From: Bacillota bacterium
GTDB lineage: Bacteria; Bacillota; Dehalobacteriia; UBA4068; UBA4997
Direction of reading: 5' to 3'
NCBI GenBank assembly: GCA_036677375.1
Contig: JAVBWO010000020.1
Coordinates: 26,960 to 90,959, forward strand
Length of the DNA: 64,000 bases
In this document: positions 10,486-20,363 of the stretch, in pieces
How the letters are laid out: the number at the start of each line of letters is the position of its first letter
How positions within the stretch are numbered: position 1 is the first letter of the stretch
Notes under the pieces: generated by a model
Told to the model about the DNA's origin: nothing
Database searches by the model: none
What the model saw: only the letters and a program-made list of their open reading frames with translations
Made by a program: the position numbers and the translations under genes

Positions 10486-10911
10486 ATAAACGAAATGCGC
10501 ATCTCTCCTGAAAATATTAATTTGTTAAAACAGGCTACAGTTAGGCTGTTTTATCAGGTGCAGTGATGCATAGGTGGATATGGTATCGAAGCAACTATTG
10601 CGAAAGATATCCAAGAACAAGATAAAACCGATCAGCGGATGACAAACTCAGCACAAAAGAGTATACCGACCTTTTGGGGGGGGCACCTGCCCAGTCATCA
10701 CTGAACATGGCTTAAACAAAGTGAAAGCCAGCATCTTTTAGGCGCTGGCTTTGCAATAAACCCGTATAGGTCTTTTTCAAACCACGCTTTTTAAGCGTGG
10801 GCGTGACTATAGTTGTGCTCTAAACAAATTATGCGGTTAAACGAGGGGATCACGGATTATATCGAAGCGGGGCGTAGTTTTCTACGCCCCGCTTAAAAGA
10901 ATATTTCAGGA

Positions 10912-11823
10912 TTATTTGGACGTATCCGGTCTTTTCATATAACGAATGAAGGATTCTTCTATATCACTAAGATGATAATCGACGGCTTTCATCCAATATT
11001 GATTAAGCTGGTTCTCAATCCCTGTAATTGGAATCGCAACCAAATTTTCACTTGTCCTGTTAAAAAAGGGTTTGCCAATATGAATGCCAACGTGATCTCC
11101 ATAGCTGATAATCTCCATCATGCCACCACGGTCAAAAATGTATAATACTTCCTGTGGATTTTTGATTCCCATTGCGCCGAGCCAGTCGTCGTCCTCAAAA
11201 TCTTCATAAGTCACAAGCGGTTTTGTTGTTAATGATTTAACGGATACATGAGTTTCCCGTGCCAATGGATGCTCTTTGGATATAATAGCCATGATCGGAA
11301 TATTAGGGGTTAGAAGATTAATATCCAGAAAATATTTCTCAGCTAATTCCCATCGTTTATGAACGTTGCTGTCAAAGTCATAAAAGAATCCAATTCGATA
11401 ATTTTTGGTGATAATATCCTGCATTGCATGATTGAGACCGGTTTCCTTAAATAAATCTTCTCTGGGATTATTTGATGAATTAATGCTGCGAAAAGACATA
11501 AAACGATCTAAAATAAATGCGGAATATACACAAACAATGGAAAGATTGCTATTATCAGATAAAAAGAGGGATGGAATATTTTCAATATTTTTCATTTCTG
11601 CGGAGATAATACGGGCAGACTTTAGGAAGAGTTTGCCTTTTTCAGAGAGTGAAATTCCCGTACTGGATCGGTTAAAGATCTTATACCCCAAAGTATTTTC
11701 CAAATGTTTTAAACTTACGCTCAGATTTGGCTGTGAAACAAACAGGTTTTGTGCAGCGCGGCTGATTGAACCGCATTTTGCAACTTCCAGCGCATATTGC
11801 AAGGAAAGAGTATTAAGATTCAT
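10912..11823 (-). CDS. LysR-family transcriptional regulator
   Basis: N-terminal HTH (LQYALEVAKCGSISRAAQNLFVSQPNLSVSLKHLE) followed by a LysR substrate-binding-like domain. It is transcribed divergently from the ureohydrolase gene. Confidence 0.8.
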   Translation of the reverse strand: MNLNTLSLQYALEVAKCGSISRAAQNLFVSQPNLSVSLKHLENTLGYKIFNRSSTGISLSEKGKLFLKSARIISAEMKNIENIPSLFLSDNSNLSIVCVYSAFILDRFMSFRSINSSNNPREDLFKETGLNHAMQDIITKNYRIGFFYDFDSNVHKRWELAEKYFLDINLLTPNIPIMAIISKEHPLARETHVSVKSLTTKPLVTYEDFEDDDWLGAMGIKNPQEVLYIFDRGGMMEIISYGDHVGIHIGKPFFNRTSENLVAIPITGIENQLNQYWMKAVDYHLSDIEESFIRYMKRPDTSK

Positions 11824-12087
11824 GTTATCACCTCATTTCAAAATATTGTATTTTTCTTATGCAATGAAAATATAAAGATAAATAAAACCATATATCCTTT
11901 TTTAATAATACCCCAAAAACAGATATTGTTCAAGTTAGATTTGGTCATAATTGATATTGAGTACACCCATTCTTTATATAAAATCAACATGTAGTATAAC
12001 AGGAATCATATAAGAAGCCCGCAGAGCTTAAACGATGATTCCCGATAAAAATAATTAAGGGTTATCATCCTTGTTAATCTTGAATTA

Positions 12088-12115
12088 GGATGCTTACAAC
12101 AAAGCATCCTATAAT
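12088..12115 (+). promoter_or_regulatory. perfect 9-bp inverted repeat (AGGATGCTT-N5-AAGCATCCT) overlapping a TATAAT -10 hexamer; candidate operator/promoter for the ureohydrolase operon
   Basis: Palindrome at 12088-12096 / 12102-12110; TATAAT at 12110-12115, about 100 nt upstream of the ATG at 12219. No well-spaced -35 hexamer was found. Confidence 0.35.
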
Positions 12116-12218
12116 TGTGCCCATATAGCGAGGAACGAGTTTTGATATACGGTTTCACTTTACTGTTGTTATACTAAGACTATCCCGTTGAAGAAATAAA
12201 AAGTAAGGAGTGAAACGT

Positions 12219-13175
12219 ATGTCAAGTAACAAGCAACCAGCCAGTGCACTGGCATCCCCCCGTTTCTGCAATACTGGTACCTTTATGCGTATGCCACGGA
12301 TGCAGGATGTTGATCACCCGGATTTCGTCATTGTTGGCATTCCCTTTGACACAGCATGTTCTTACAGAATTGGTGCTCGTTTTGGCCCGTCGGCGATTCG
12401 TAGCATTTCCGCTATGATCAAGCCTAACAATGTGTTGCTTGGAGTCAATGTATTGGAAGGACTAAAAGGTGCGGATTACGGTGATGTGAATGTAACGCCT
12501 GGCTATATTCACCCTACCTATGAGGCGATTGAGAAAGAACTTCAGCCCATTGTCGATGCCGGTATCGTTCCCATCATTTTGGGCGGCGACCATAGCATTA
12601 CCCTGGGTGAAATGCGGGCAGTCGCCAAGAAACATGGCCCGCTTTCTATGATTCACTTTGATTCCCACTCTGATCTCTGCGATGAAGTATTCGGGCAAAA
12701 ATACAATCACGGCACCCCATTCCGCAGAGCATTGGAAGAAGGCTTGATTGATCCCGCTCATTCTATCCAGGTTGGTATGCGCGGTTCCCTGTATGACCCA
12801 AACGAACATCAGATGGCCGCTGACTTAGGTCTCCGGCTGATTCCCGGGCATAAGGTTCGCGAGATGGGTTTTGACGCCGTGGTAAAGGCCATCATCGATC
12901 GGGTTGAAGACCGTCCAGTTTTCCTAACGTTTGATATTGACTTCGTTGACCCTGCCTATGCGCCCGGTACCGGCACTCCTGAGGTGGGAGGCTTCACCTC
13001 CTGGGAAACCCTGAGCATGCTCCGTCAACTGAAAGATCTGAATTTTGCTGCATTCGATGTTGTGGAAGTTCTTCCGGCATTTGACAGTGGGGAAGTCACC
13101 TCCTATTTAGCTGCAAACATCTGCTTTGAGTTTATTTCCATGTTGGCTGTTCAGAAGAAAGAAGGCCGTCGCTAA
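12219..13175 (+). CDS. arginase/agmatinase-family ureohydrolase (agmatinase, guanidinobutyrase or formiminoglutamase-like)
   Basis: Binuclear-Mn ligand motifs GGDHSIT, DSHSD and DIDFVDP...GTGTPE(V)GG. RBS AAGGAG 10 nt upstream of the ATG. Confidence 0.8.
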   Translation: MSSNKQPASALASPRFCNTGTFMRMPRMQDVDHPDFVIVGIPFDTACSYRIGARFGPSAIRSISAMIKPNNVLLGVNVLEGLKGADYGDVNVTPGYIHPTYEAIEKELQPIVDAGIVPIILGGDHSITLGEMRAVAKKHGPLSMIHFDSHSDLCDEVFGQKYNHGTPFRRALEEGLIDPAHSIQVGMRGSLYDPNEHQMAADLGLRLIPGHKVREMGFDAVVKAIIDRVEDRPVFLTFDIDFVDPAYAPGTGTPEVGGFTSWETLSMLRQLKDLNFAAFDVVEVLPAFDSGEVTSYLAANICFEFISMLAVQKKEGRR

Positions 13176-13210
13176 GATCGTTAGGAGATTAAGTCAGGAG
13201 GAAATGATTT

Positions 13211-14674
13211 ATGGAGAATGCAGATGTAAAAGTTATTCCAAATCTCCAAGAGATTGACAGCGATATGCCTTCAGATGAGCTGGATAAGATCAAACTAACA
13301 AAGCCGCAGCTCATTAGGGGAATCATCCTGCTCTTAATAGGCGGTGCTATAGGCATTTTTGTGTTCTTTGGTTCCATTACCATCAATGGGAAGAGCACAG
13401 TAGTTTTCTCCCTGTTATACAATAAATTTGTTGGTTTATTTGGAGTTTACGCATACTGGATCATTGCGGCTCTTATTATTGGAAATTTATGCCTCCATAT
13501 TTATTACCAATATATCAATAAACACAAATCGACTTCGCGCCTTGCGGGAACCTATGAAAACGATAATGTCATTTTTACGATCCTGTATGCACTGGCAACA
13601 TTTTATGCTGTCATGTATGCCCTCTATATGACCGTGCCTGGTTTCGTAGGTTGGGATGTTATTACGAGCAGCGCCACCGGCGGCAGCATTTTCCCGCCAA
13701 TTGTCTTAGGCGTGCTGGGGATCATCCTGGTTGGCGCAATTTGTATGCCGTTTCTTCTGAACTACGGTGTGTTGGAAATCGTTGGCGTCCTTCTGGAACC
13801 TCTTATGCGGCCGCTCTTTAAGATCCCGGGGAAAGCTGCCCTGGATTGTACTACATCTTTTGTGACTTCGTCATCCATGGGTGTCCTGATCACCAACCGC
13901 TTGTGGAAAATGAACGTTTACACCGAAAAAGAAATGTGCGCTATCATGACGGGCTTCAGTGCAGTGAGTATTGGTTTTGCCTATTTGGTTATTGATACTG
14001 CCGGTTGCGGCGACTTGTTCGCTAAAATCTATATCATCAGTTTTCTAATGGTATTCCTGATGGCTCCGATCATGGTCCGTATTCCGCCTTTGTCTCGGAA
14101 GCGGGACGTGTATCACAGCGGTCGTGAGCAGACAGAAAGAGACCGTAAAGAGGCTGCCAGATACACGATTCAAACACTGCCTCGCGGTTGTTCCCGTGCA
14201 GTAAAACGGGCTGCTATTTCCAGGGGACCGGCAAAGGATATCTCGTATAGCCTGAAAGATGGCGTAGTCATCTTGCCCAAAGTCCTTACTATGCTCGCGG
14301 CTATTGGCCTAACTGCCATGATATTGGCGGAGTATACACCACTTTTCACTTGGATCGGTTACGCCTTCCAGCCCCTTCTGATGCTCCTGCAGATCCCTGA
14401 TGCGGCACAAATTGCTGCGTCCATGCCCATCGGCATTGCGGAGATGTTCCTTCCTGTCCTGTTGATCCAAGGCAAGGTGGCAGTGCTTTCGGTTCAAGCT
14501 AGAGTATTTGTTTGCCTGGTATCCATGTGCCAAATCATCTTTTTCTCGGAGACCGGTACTGTCATGCTGGCATGTAAGTCACCTATCAAGTTTTGGCAAT
14601 TGCTTGTCTGTTTCCTGGAACGTACTATTCTGGCCATGATCTTAGGTGCAATCGCGGTTCATTGGTTATTCTAA
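13211..14674 (+). CDS. polytopic membrane protein, YjiH-like (nucleoside-recognition/Gate-domain type); function unknown
   Basis: About 10 predicted TM helices. RBS GGAGG upstream. The family call is from loose similarity only. Confidence 0.45.
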   Translation: MENADVKVIPNLQEIDSDMPSDELDKIKLTKPQLIRGIILLLIGGAIGIFVFFGSITINGKSTVVFSLLYNKFVGLFGVYAYWIIAALIIGNLCLHIYYQYINKHKSTSRLAGTYENDNVIFTILYALATFYAVMYALYMTVPGFVGWDVITSSATGGSIFPPIVLGVLGIILVGAICMPFLLNYGVLEIVGVLLEPLMRPLFKIPGKAALDCTTSFVTSSSMGVLITNRLWKMNVYTEKEMCAIMTGFSAVSIGFAYLVIDTAGCGDLFAKIYIISFLMVFLMAPIMVRIPPLSRKRDVYHSGREQTERDRKEAARYTIQTLPRGCSRAVKRAAISRGPAKDISYSLKDGVVILPKVLTMLAAIGLTAMILAEYTPLFTWIGYAFQPLLMLLQIPDAAQIAASMPIGIAEMFLPVLLIQGKVAVLSVQARVFVCLVSMCQIIFFSETGTVMLACKSPIKFWQLLVCFLERTILAMILGAIAVHWLF

Positions 14675-14730
14675 CCCTGTACCGGGTAATCAATTGATGT
14701 TTCATGGTGTTTTACTTACTACCCTCCAAA

Positions 14731-14766
14731 GAAAGTCAGGTGGTCCTTCACCTGACTTTCTTACAT
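14731..14766 (+). terminator. hairpin terminator candidate
   Basis: GAAAGTCAGGTG-GTCCTTC-ACCTGACTTTC followed by TTACATGATT (a weak U-tract). Confidence 0.45.
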
Positions 14767-14924
14767 GATTAAGAAATTTTTAATACAGCTCGAATCAAAC
14801 TGAGAGCCGGCGGGTTCCGTTGTGGTTATCGTGAAGATGACCTGTAGTCGTTTTACGGCCATAATGTTACAGAAATTCGCTGAATTATAGCAGCAAACAT
14901 AGTTAATTTGATTTTGGGAGGAAA

Positions 14925-16631
14925 ATGGCAAGGATGGTTAAGAGAATGTTGAATAAAAGAAAACGGATCCCTTATGTTATCACTTTAGCCCTTTTATGCG
15001 TTTTGGCTTTTTCTGATGTAGCTTGTGCAAGCCCGGGTGAAAGTAATAATGCTCCTCTGCCGGGATGGACGATGATAGCAATCCTAGTGGGCATGGGAAT
15101 TCTATTTGTCACCCTCGTGTGGTTCATTGGCAGGAAAAAAGGAACAACTGCCGAGGACTTTTTGACCGGCGGCAGAGGTATCGGTCACGGTATGATTAAT
15201 GCCTCGATCGTTGCTACATGGATCTGGGCAGCAACCCTGATGACGAGTAGTTGGACCGGGTATTCCTTTGGTTTTATTGGCCCGTGGTGGTACGGATTGG
15301 GCGCGGTCCTTCCACTGCCGATCATTGGCTTCCTCGGTAAACGGTTAAGAAGTGTCATGCCGCATGTCCGTTCTTATCCTGAGTTTATAAAATTCAGACT
15401 GGATAAGAAAAATCACATTCTGCTGACGGTTATCTCCATCATTGTGAGCGGTGCCGTCGCGATTATGATTGTTTCCGGCGCGTCGGTTATGGCGGTTTCC
15501 TATGCGAATGTACCGTACTGGCTCGTAGCGGCCTTGCTCTTGGTTATCTTTGTATCCTATACTTCTATTGCCGGACTTTGGGCCAGTGTTTTTTGCGATA
15601 CGCTCATGACTTTGTTTATGTATGCCAGCATGGCGGTCCTGGTTTTCGGCGTCTTTTTCCTCGTGGGGCCGGGGACGATTTATGACGGACTTGTAAATGT
15701 CATCCAGACGAAGCCGATCCTGCAGCCTGCGGCTACCGCGGCGACACAGTCGTATCAACAGGATCCGTTGAATTTGCTCAATATCGGAGGGCTTGGTTTT
15801 CTGGTCGTGAATATTATTGGTAACCTGGGCGCCGTCATCTGTAATCAGACTTACTGGGCCAGATCTATCGCGGCAAAAGATTCAAAAACCATTTCCAAAT
15901 CGTTTGGGACGGCCGCATTTTGCTGGACGCCGGTTCCCATTGCGGTCGCTTCGGCGCTTGGTCTCTTTGCACTGTCAAAAATGCTGGTAGTTGGTGGGTC
16001 ATATACCCATAATGGGATAGCGATGTTGTTTGCCGAAGCGGATGCTGTCGCTCCGTTAAGTTCGTTCCTTGTTTTAGGTTTTTTTGGGTTGGTCTGTTTT
16101 CTCATTGCGGTTTTAGGCGCTTCTGTCAGTACCGGCGCCGGTGAAATCATGTCGATGACTACCTGTATCGTCAATGATATCTATAAAGGATATTTTAAAA
16201 AAGACGCTACGGATAAGCAGATCCTCATACATAGCAGAATCTGGCTGGTGGCGTGGGCTGCCGTACTTTATGGGCTTGTGATGTTTTTGCGATCTATCAA
16301 TTTCCCCTTCTCCGGAATGTATCAGGCTATGGGAATCGCGTTCTCTTCTGCCGTTATTCCGGTGTTCCTGTCGCTCGTCTGGAAAAAGACCAACCGCAAT
16401 GGCGTTTTCTGGGCCATTATGATTGGCGCACTGAGTGGCATTTACTATTGGGGGTCTGTGGGCTTCGATATGAACTGGGGCGTCGTGTGGAGCAATATTA
16501 TTGTAATGGGAGTGTCGCTTGTAATCGTCTTTGCATGGTCGTTAATCAAACCGGAAAAGTTCGATTTCAATTCCATGAAGGACTTGAGTATCAATAATCT
16601 TGCTAGCGAAACGCAGCTTGAGAATAATTAA
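14925..16631 (+). CDS. sodium:solute symporter (SSS/SSF family) transporter
   Basis: 12-13 TM helices. N-terminal signal-like extension. Typical SSF glycine-rich segments. Confidence 0.75.
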   Translation: MARMVKRMLNKRKRIPYVITLALLCVLAFSDVACASPGESNNAPLPGWTMIAILVGMGILFVTLVWFIGRKKGTTAEDFLTGGRGIGHGMINASIVATWIWAATLMTSSWTGYSFGFIGPWWYGLGAVLPLPIIGFLGKRLRSVMPHVRSYPEFIKFRLDKKNHILLTVISIIVSGAVAIMIVSGASVMAVSYANVPYWLVAALLLVIFVSYTSIAGLWASVFCDTLMTLFMYASMAVLVFGVFFLVGPGTIYDGLVNVIQTKPILQPAATAATQSYQQDPLNLLNIGGLGFLVVNIIGNLGAVICNQTYWARSIAAKDSKTISKSFGTAAFCWTPVPIAVASALGLFALSKMLVVGGSYTHNGIAMLFAEADAVAPLSSFLVLGFFGLVCFLIAVLGASVSTGAGEIMSMTTCIVNDIYKGYFKKDATDKQILIHSRIWLVAWAAVLYGLVMFLRSINFPFSGMYQAMGIAFSSAVIPVFLSLVWKKTNRNGVFWAIMIGALSGIYYWGSVGFDMNWGVVWSNIIVMGVSLVIVFAWSLIKPEKFDFNSMKDLSINNLASETQLENN

Positions 16632-16645
16632 AGGGGGAGATACAA

Positions 16646-16780
16646 TTGCTCAGTAAAACAGCCTTTTACATTGTTTATATCATTGGCATTGTCTGGTTTG
16701 TTGCCGCGGCTGCATATACTTATTGGTCAGCGATCAAAGACTTTATTGAATTGAAGATCCATTCGGATAAACAAAATTAA
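16646..16780 (+). CDS. small (44 aa) single-TM protein downstream of the symporter (YhdT/DUF997-like accessory subunit?)
   Basis: RBS AAGGGGGAGA 6 nt upstream of the TTG at 16646. One hydrophobic helix (FYIVYIIGIVWFVAAAAY). Many SSS transporters are followed by a small membrane peptide. It is below the ORF-track length cutoff. Confidence 0.4.
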   Translation: MLSKTAFYIVYIIGIVWFVAAAAYTYWSAIKDFIELKIHSDKQN

Positions 16781-17052
16781 GGAATGTTTCCATTGGCTGG
16801 CCAGCTTCATCATTGAATTTATCAAACATCAAATATAATTAACAAAATTCATATCGAATGATGTTAATTGAGGGTTTCATATTATGGTTATACGTGATAA
16901 TATGATATTACTGTTTGGGAAGGCAATGTGGTTGAAAGAAGTTGTGAAGGGATTGCGTTCGTAGCAAGAGAGTGTAAAAGCTATCACAGATAAAAATGCC
17001 AGAGATTGTCGGTGTCAAGCAATCGAGCCTGAAAACTTATTGAGGTGAAGCG

Positions 17053-17529
17053 ATGTTTACCTATATTTTATACGGGCTTGCGGGTATCGGACTTGCGATA
17101 TCATTTTATAAAGACCGCAACAAGACTAAAATGGCATTGAGAAAGGCATGGAAATCCTTTGAGAACATCCTGCCTCAGTTTTTGTCCATTTTAATTATCA
17201 TAGGTCTTGCTCTGGCTATTTTGAGCCCGGAGACCATTACGAATCTTCTCGGAACTCGTTCCGGTGTATGGGGAATGTTGGCAGCCGCAGTTGTCGGGTC
17301 AATTACGCTGATACCAGGATTTGTCGCTTTTCCTTTGGCTGCCGCGCTTTTGATAAACGGAGCCGGATACATGCAGATTGCGGCATTCGTTTCCACGCTG
17401 ATGATGGTTGGAATAGTGACGCTGCCCCTTGAGATTAAGACCTTTGGAAAGCGCGCGGCAATTATCCGGAATACTGCGGCTTTTGTGTTTTCTTTGATCG
17501 TTGCGTTTGTGATTGGGGTGGTGCTGTGA
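17053..17529 (+). CDS. permease subunit, N-terminal half of a split DUF318/ArsP-like permease
   Basis: Four TM helices. It overlaps the next gene by 4 nt (ATGA). Confidence 0.45.
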   Translation: MFTYILYGLAGIGLAISFYKDRNKTKMALRKAWKSFENILPQFLSILIIIGLALAILSPETITNLLGTRSGVWGMLAAAVVGSITLIPGFVAFPLAAALLINGAGYMQIAAFVSTLMMVGIVTLPLEIKTFGKRAAIIRNTAAFVFSLIVAFVIGVVL

Positions 17530-18056
17530 TAAAGGCCTTTATGAAGCGCTACCGGATGCTATTGCTGCTGATTCTTACAAACATCGTGATCAGCTTATTA
17601 TTGCCGGATATCGGGCTTAGTTCCGTAAAAATTACCTTGCAGAGCTTTGTGGAAATGATATCAGTCATTCCGCCGATTTTTATATTGCTGGGTTTATTGG
17701 ATGTATGGGTAGACCGGGCGACCATGATGAAATATACTGGAAAAGGCTCCGGTATCAAAGGAGTACTTATTGCGTTTTTCCTTGGCTCTGCCGCTGCCGG
17801 TCCGCTTTATGCTGCGTTTCCGGTTGCAGGGGTAATGTTAAAAAAAGGCAGCAGTCTGTTTCATGTCTTTATTTTCATTGGCGCATGGTCAACCACCAAA
17901 ATTCCAATGCTTACTTTTGAAGCGGCCAATCTGGGCTTTACCTTCACGTTAACCCGTCTGGCTCTTAGCATAGTTGGTATTTTGATTATCGCGGCTACTA
18001 CGGAGAAAGCACTCAATCAAGATGGGCAAAAGCAAATATATGAACTTAATCAATAA
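17526..18056 (+). CDS. permease subunit, C-terminal half of the split permease
   Basis: Four to five TM helices. It is translationally coupled to the upstream half. Confidence 0.45.
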   Translation: MIKAFMKRYRMLLLLILTNIVISLLLPDIGLSSVKITLQSFVEMISVIPPIFILLGLLDVWVDRATMMKYTGKGSGIKGVLIAFFLGSAAAGPLYAAFPVAGVMLKKGSSLFHVFIFIGAWSTTKIPMLTFEAANLGFTFTLTRLALSIVGILIIAATTEKALNQDGQKQIYELNQ

Positions 18057-18313
18057 CCAAGACCCATTGCCATACTCACCTAGCATATCATATACCCCAT
18101 AATGCGCAAGGTTGATTTTCAGAGCATTCATAATGTAAGTAAAAACTCCGAGAGGCTATTTGTCAAATGAATCTGCAACTAGCTGATTAGCTTTTTCAGA
18201 TTGCGTTGAAAAACTTTATCCCGACAACGAGTACGGGGATTGGTTGGCCATTTAAAAAATAAAGTAGCGTCCGCACATCAAGAATTGATGATCATTTAAG
18301 ATATACGAAGTAG

Positions 18314-18352
18314 AAACAAACCCGTCCGGATTTCTTCGGACGGGTTTGTTTG
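18314..18352 (+). terminator. rho-independent terminator
   Basis: AAACAAACCCGTCCG-GATTTCTTC-GGACGGGTTTGTTT followed by GATTGCGATGTTTT. Confidence 0.7.
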
Positions 18353-18560
18353 ATTGCGATGTTTTGGATAAAAGCAATAGAGCGGTTCAAAGATAGCCAT
18401 GTTAAATAAACATAAATAATTTTATCTTGATGGTAAATTATTTACAAATACGATAAAAAAAATTATTAATGAAATTTCTTGCTTGAATTTATATTATCGT
18501 TATGCTACATTTAGTATATCGGTGGCTAGTAGGATAACAAGAAAAAAAGGAGGCAGTATT

Positions 18561-19586
18561 ATGATAAAAAAAATAATGGTTTTGTGTGTTAGTGCAAGCT
18601 TATTACTTTTAATGGTTGGTTGCAGTAAAGACTTGGCAAAGACTTCAACGCAAACATCTGATAATGAGGAAGTGAACCTCAATGTTGCAGTTGAATATAC
18701 TGATCACGCAGCCGCTTTTTATTATGCCCAGGGGAAAAATCTTTTTTCTGATGCTGGAATTAAAATTAATGATGTCAAAGTGTATGCCAGCGGTGTAGGT
18801 GTGGCTGCGGCCTTCACAAAAGGGGGATTCGATGTCAGCTATATGTGTTTGGTTCCTGCAATTTTTACTTATGCCAATGGGGGCGTACCGATCAAAATCA
18901 TTGCCGGTACCCATAAGAACGGTTATGCGCTGGTAGTAAACAGTGCTAGAATTAAAGAATTAAGCGACCTGGAGAAGAGTGGAATTAAAATAGCCAATGG
19001 TCCCCAGGGAACCCCGACAGACTTTTTACAAATGCTTCTGATCGAAAAAGAAAATCTGGATTCCGAAAAAATTATGGCCAATACGGTGCGGATGAATGCG
19101 GCGAAACAGCTTATGGCCTTGCGCAACGGTAAAGTTGATGCCGTCTTTGTTCCCGAACATTTTGCAACCCTAGCCGCTTCGTTTTCCGGAATGACTATGC
19201 TGCTTAAGAGTTCCGATATTTGGCCAGATATGCAGGGAAGCGTCCTGGTGGTGACTGAGGATTTATTAAAGAATCAGCCGGAGACTGTAGAAAAATTGCA
19301 AGAGATTAATAGGCGGAGCATTCAGCTTATGAATGAGGATCCACAGGACGCTGCTGCCATTGTATCTCAGAATTTAAACATCAACCAGACCGCGGTCAAA
19401 GAAGAGACGCAAAGCCCGGAAGCAAACTTGGAAGTTACCCCGGAAATTGCTGGCGCATCAATGAATCATTTAAAAATGACGCCAGAAATCAGCATCGAAG
19501 AGGTGCAGACCATAATCGACAAGATGTACGCTTTGGGATATCTAACGAAATCCTTTGACGCTAAAGAGATCATGGCAGTTGATTAG
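18561..19586 (+). CDS. ABC transporter substrate-binding lipoprotein (NMT1/SsuA/TauA-like)
   Basis: RBS AAAGGAGG, ATG at 18561. Lipoprotein signal with lipobox LMVGC. Periplasmic-binding fold typical of aliphatic sulfonate/nitrate-type binders. Confidence 0.7.
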   Translation: MIKKIMVLCVSASLLLLMVGCSKDLAKTSTQTSDNEEVNLNVAVEYTDHAAAFYYAQGKNLFSDAGIKINDVKVYASGVGVAAAFTKGGFDVSYMCLVPAIFTYANGGVPIKIIAGTHKNGYALVVNSARIKELSDLEKSGIKIANGPQGTPTDFLQMLLIEKENLDSEKIMANTVRMNAAKQLMALRNGKVDAVFVPEHFATLAASFSGMTMLLKSSDIWPDMQGSVLVVTEDLLKNQPETVEKLQEINRRSIQLMNEDPQDAAAIVSQNLNINQTAVKEETQSPEANLEVTPEIAGASMNHLKMTPEISIEEVQTIIDKMYALGYLTKSFDAKEIMAVD

Positions 19587-20361
19587 GGATAAAGGTGCTG
19601 ATTTGGAGATGAAGCCAAAATTATTGAAAAATAATTTATTATATCTTTTGCCTATTGCATTATTTTTTGCTTTATGGGAAATAGCGGGACAGACAGCCCA
19701 GACACCTTTATTTCCGCCCTTGAGCAAAGTTGTCGGAGAATTTGGTTCTCTTCTAAGTAACGGAATACTTCTCAAAAGTCTGGGAGCAAGTTTTGGGAGA
19801 GTTCTCATCGGCTATATTCTTGGGAGTTTGGCCGGCTTAATTGTTGGTACGTTGATGGGGGTAAATAAAGTCGTAGAACGCAGTTTAAGACCATTGATCA
19901 GTATTTTATTCCCAATTCCGACTTTAGGGTGGCTACCGTTATTAATGCTGTGGATCGGCATTAACGAGGCTTTGCCTGTCATTCTGATTTTTATCTGCGC
20001 TTTCTTCCCCGTAGCCTACAATACGCTAACCGGAATCAAAGAGGTGAAAGGGGAATATATCAAAGCCGCCCGCACGCTCGGGGCATCTTCTTGGTATATT
20101 CTTTGCCATGTCATACTGCCGATGGCTTCTCCCAATATTTTTACCGGTCTGCGCCTGGAGGCGGGGATGGTTTGGCGGACGGTCATTGCAGCCGAGATGT
20201 TTGCTATACCCACAGGGATTGGCGCCCTGTTGATGAATGCGGAAAGCTTGATCCGGGTAGATGTCATTATGGTCTGCTTAGTCGTACTATCTTTGATGTG
20301 TACCTTTTTTGAGCGTTTATTCCTGTGGCTGGAAAACAGAATAACCGGTGCCTGGAGGTAA
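19555..20361 (+). CDS. ABC transporter permease (SsuC/TauC-like, BPD_transp_1)
   Basis: Six TM helices with an EAA-like loop. Start uncertain (TTG 19555 overlapping the upstream gene, or ATG 19609). Confidence 0.75.
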   Translation: MTLKRSWQLIRDKGADLEMKPKLLKNNLLYLLPIALFFALWEIAGQTAQTPLFPPLSKVVGEFGSLLSNGILLKSLGASFGRVLIGYILGSLAGLIVGTLMGVNKVVERSLRPLISILFPIPTLGWLPLLMLWIGINEALPVILIFICAFFPVAYNTLTGIKEVKGEYIKAARTLGASSWYILCHVILPMASPNIFTGLRLEAGMVWRTVIAAEMFAIPTGIGALLMNAESLIRVDVIMVCLVVLSLMCTFFERLFLWLENRITGAWR

Positions 20362-20363
20362 AA

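Noticed and set aside
12080-12115. Full sigma-70 promoter call for the ureohydrolase gene using TTGAAT (12080-12085) as the -35
   Set aside because: Spacing to the TATAAT at 12110 is 24 nt, too long. Only the -10/palindrome is reported.
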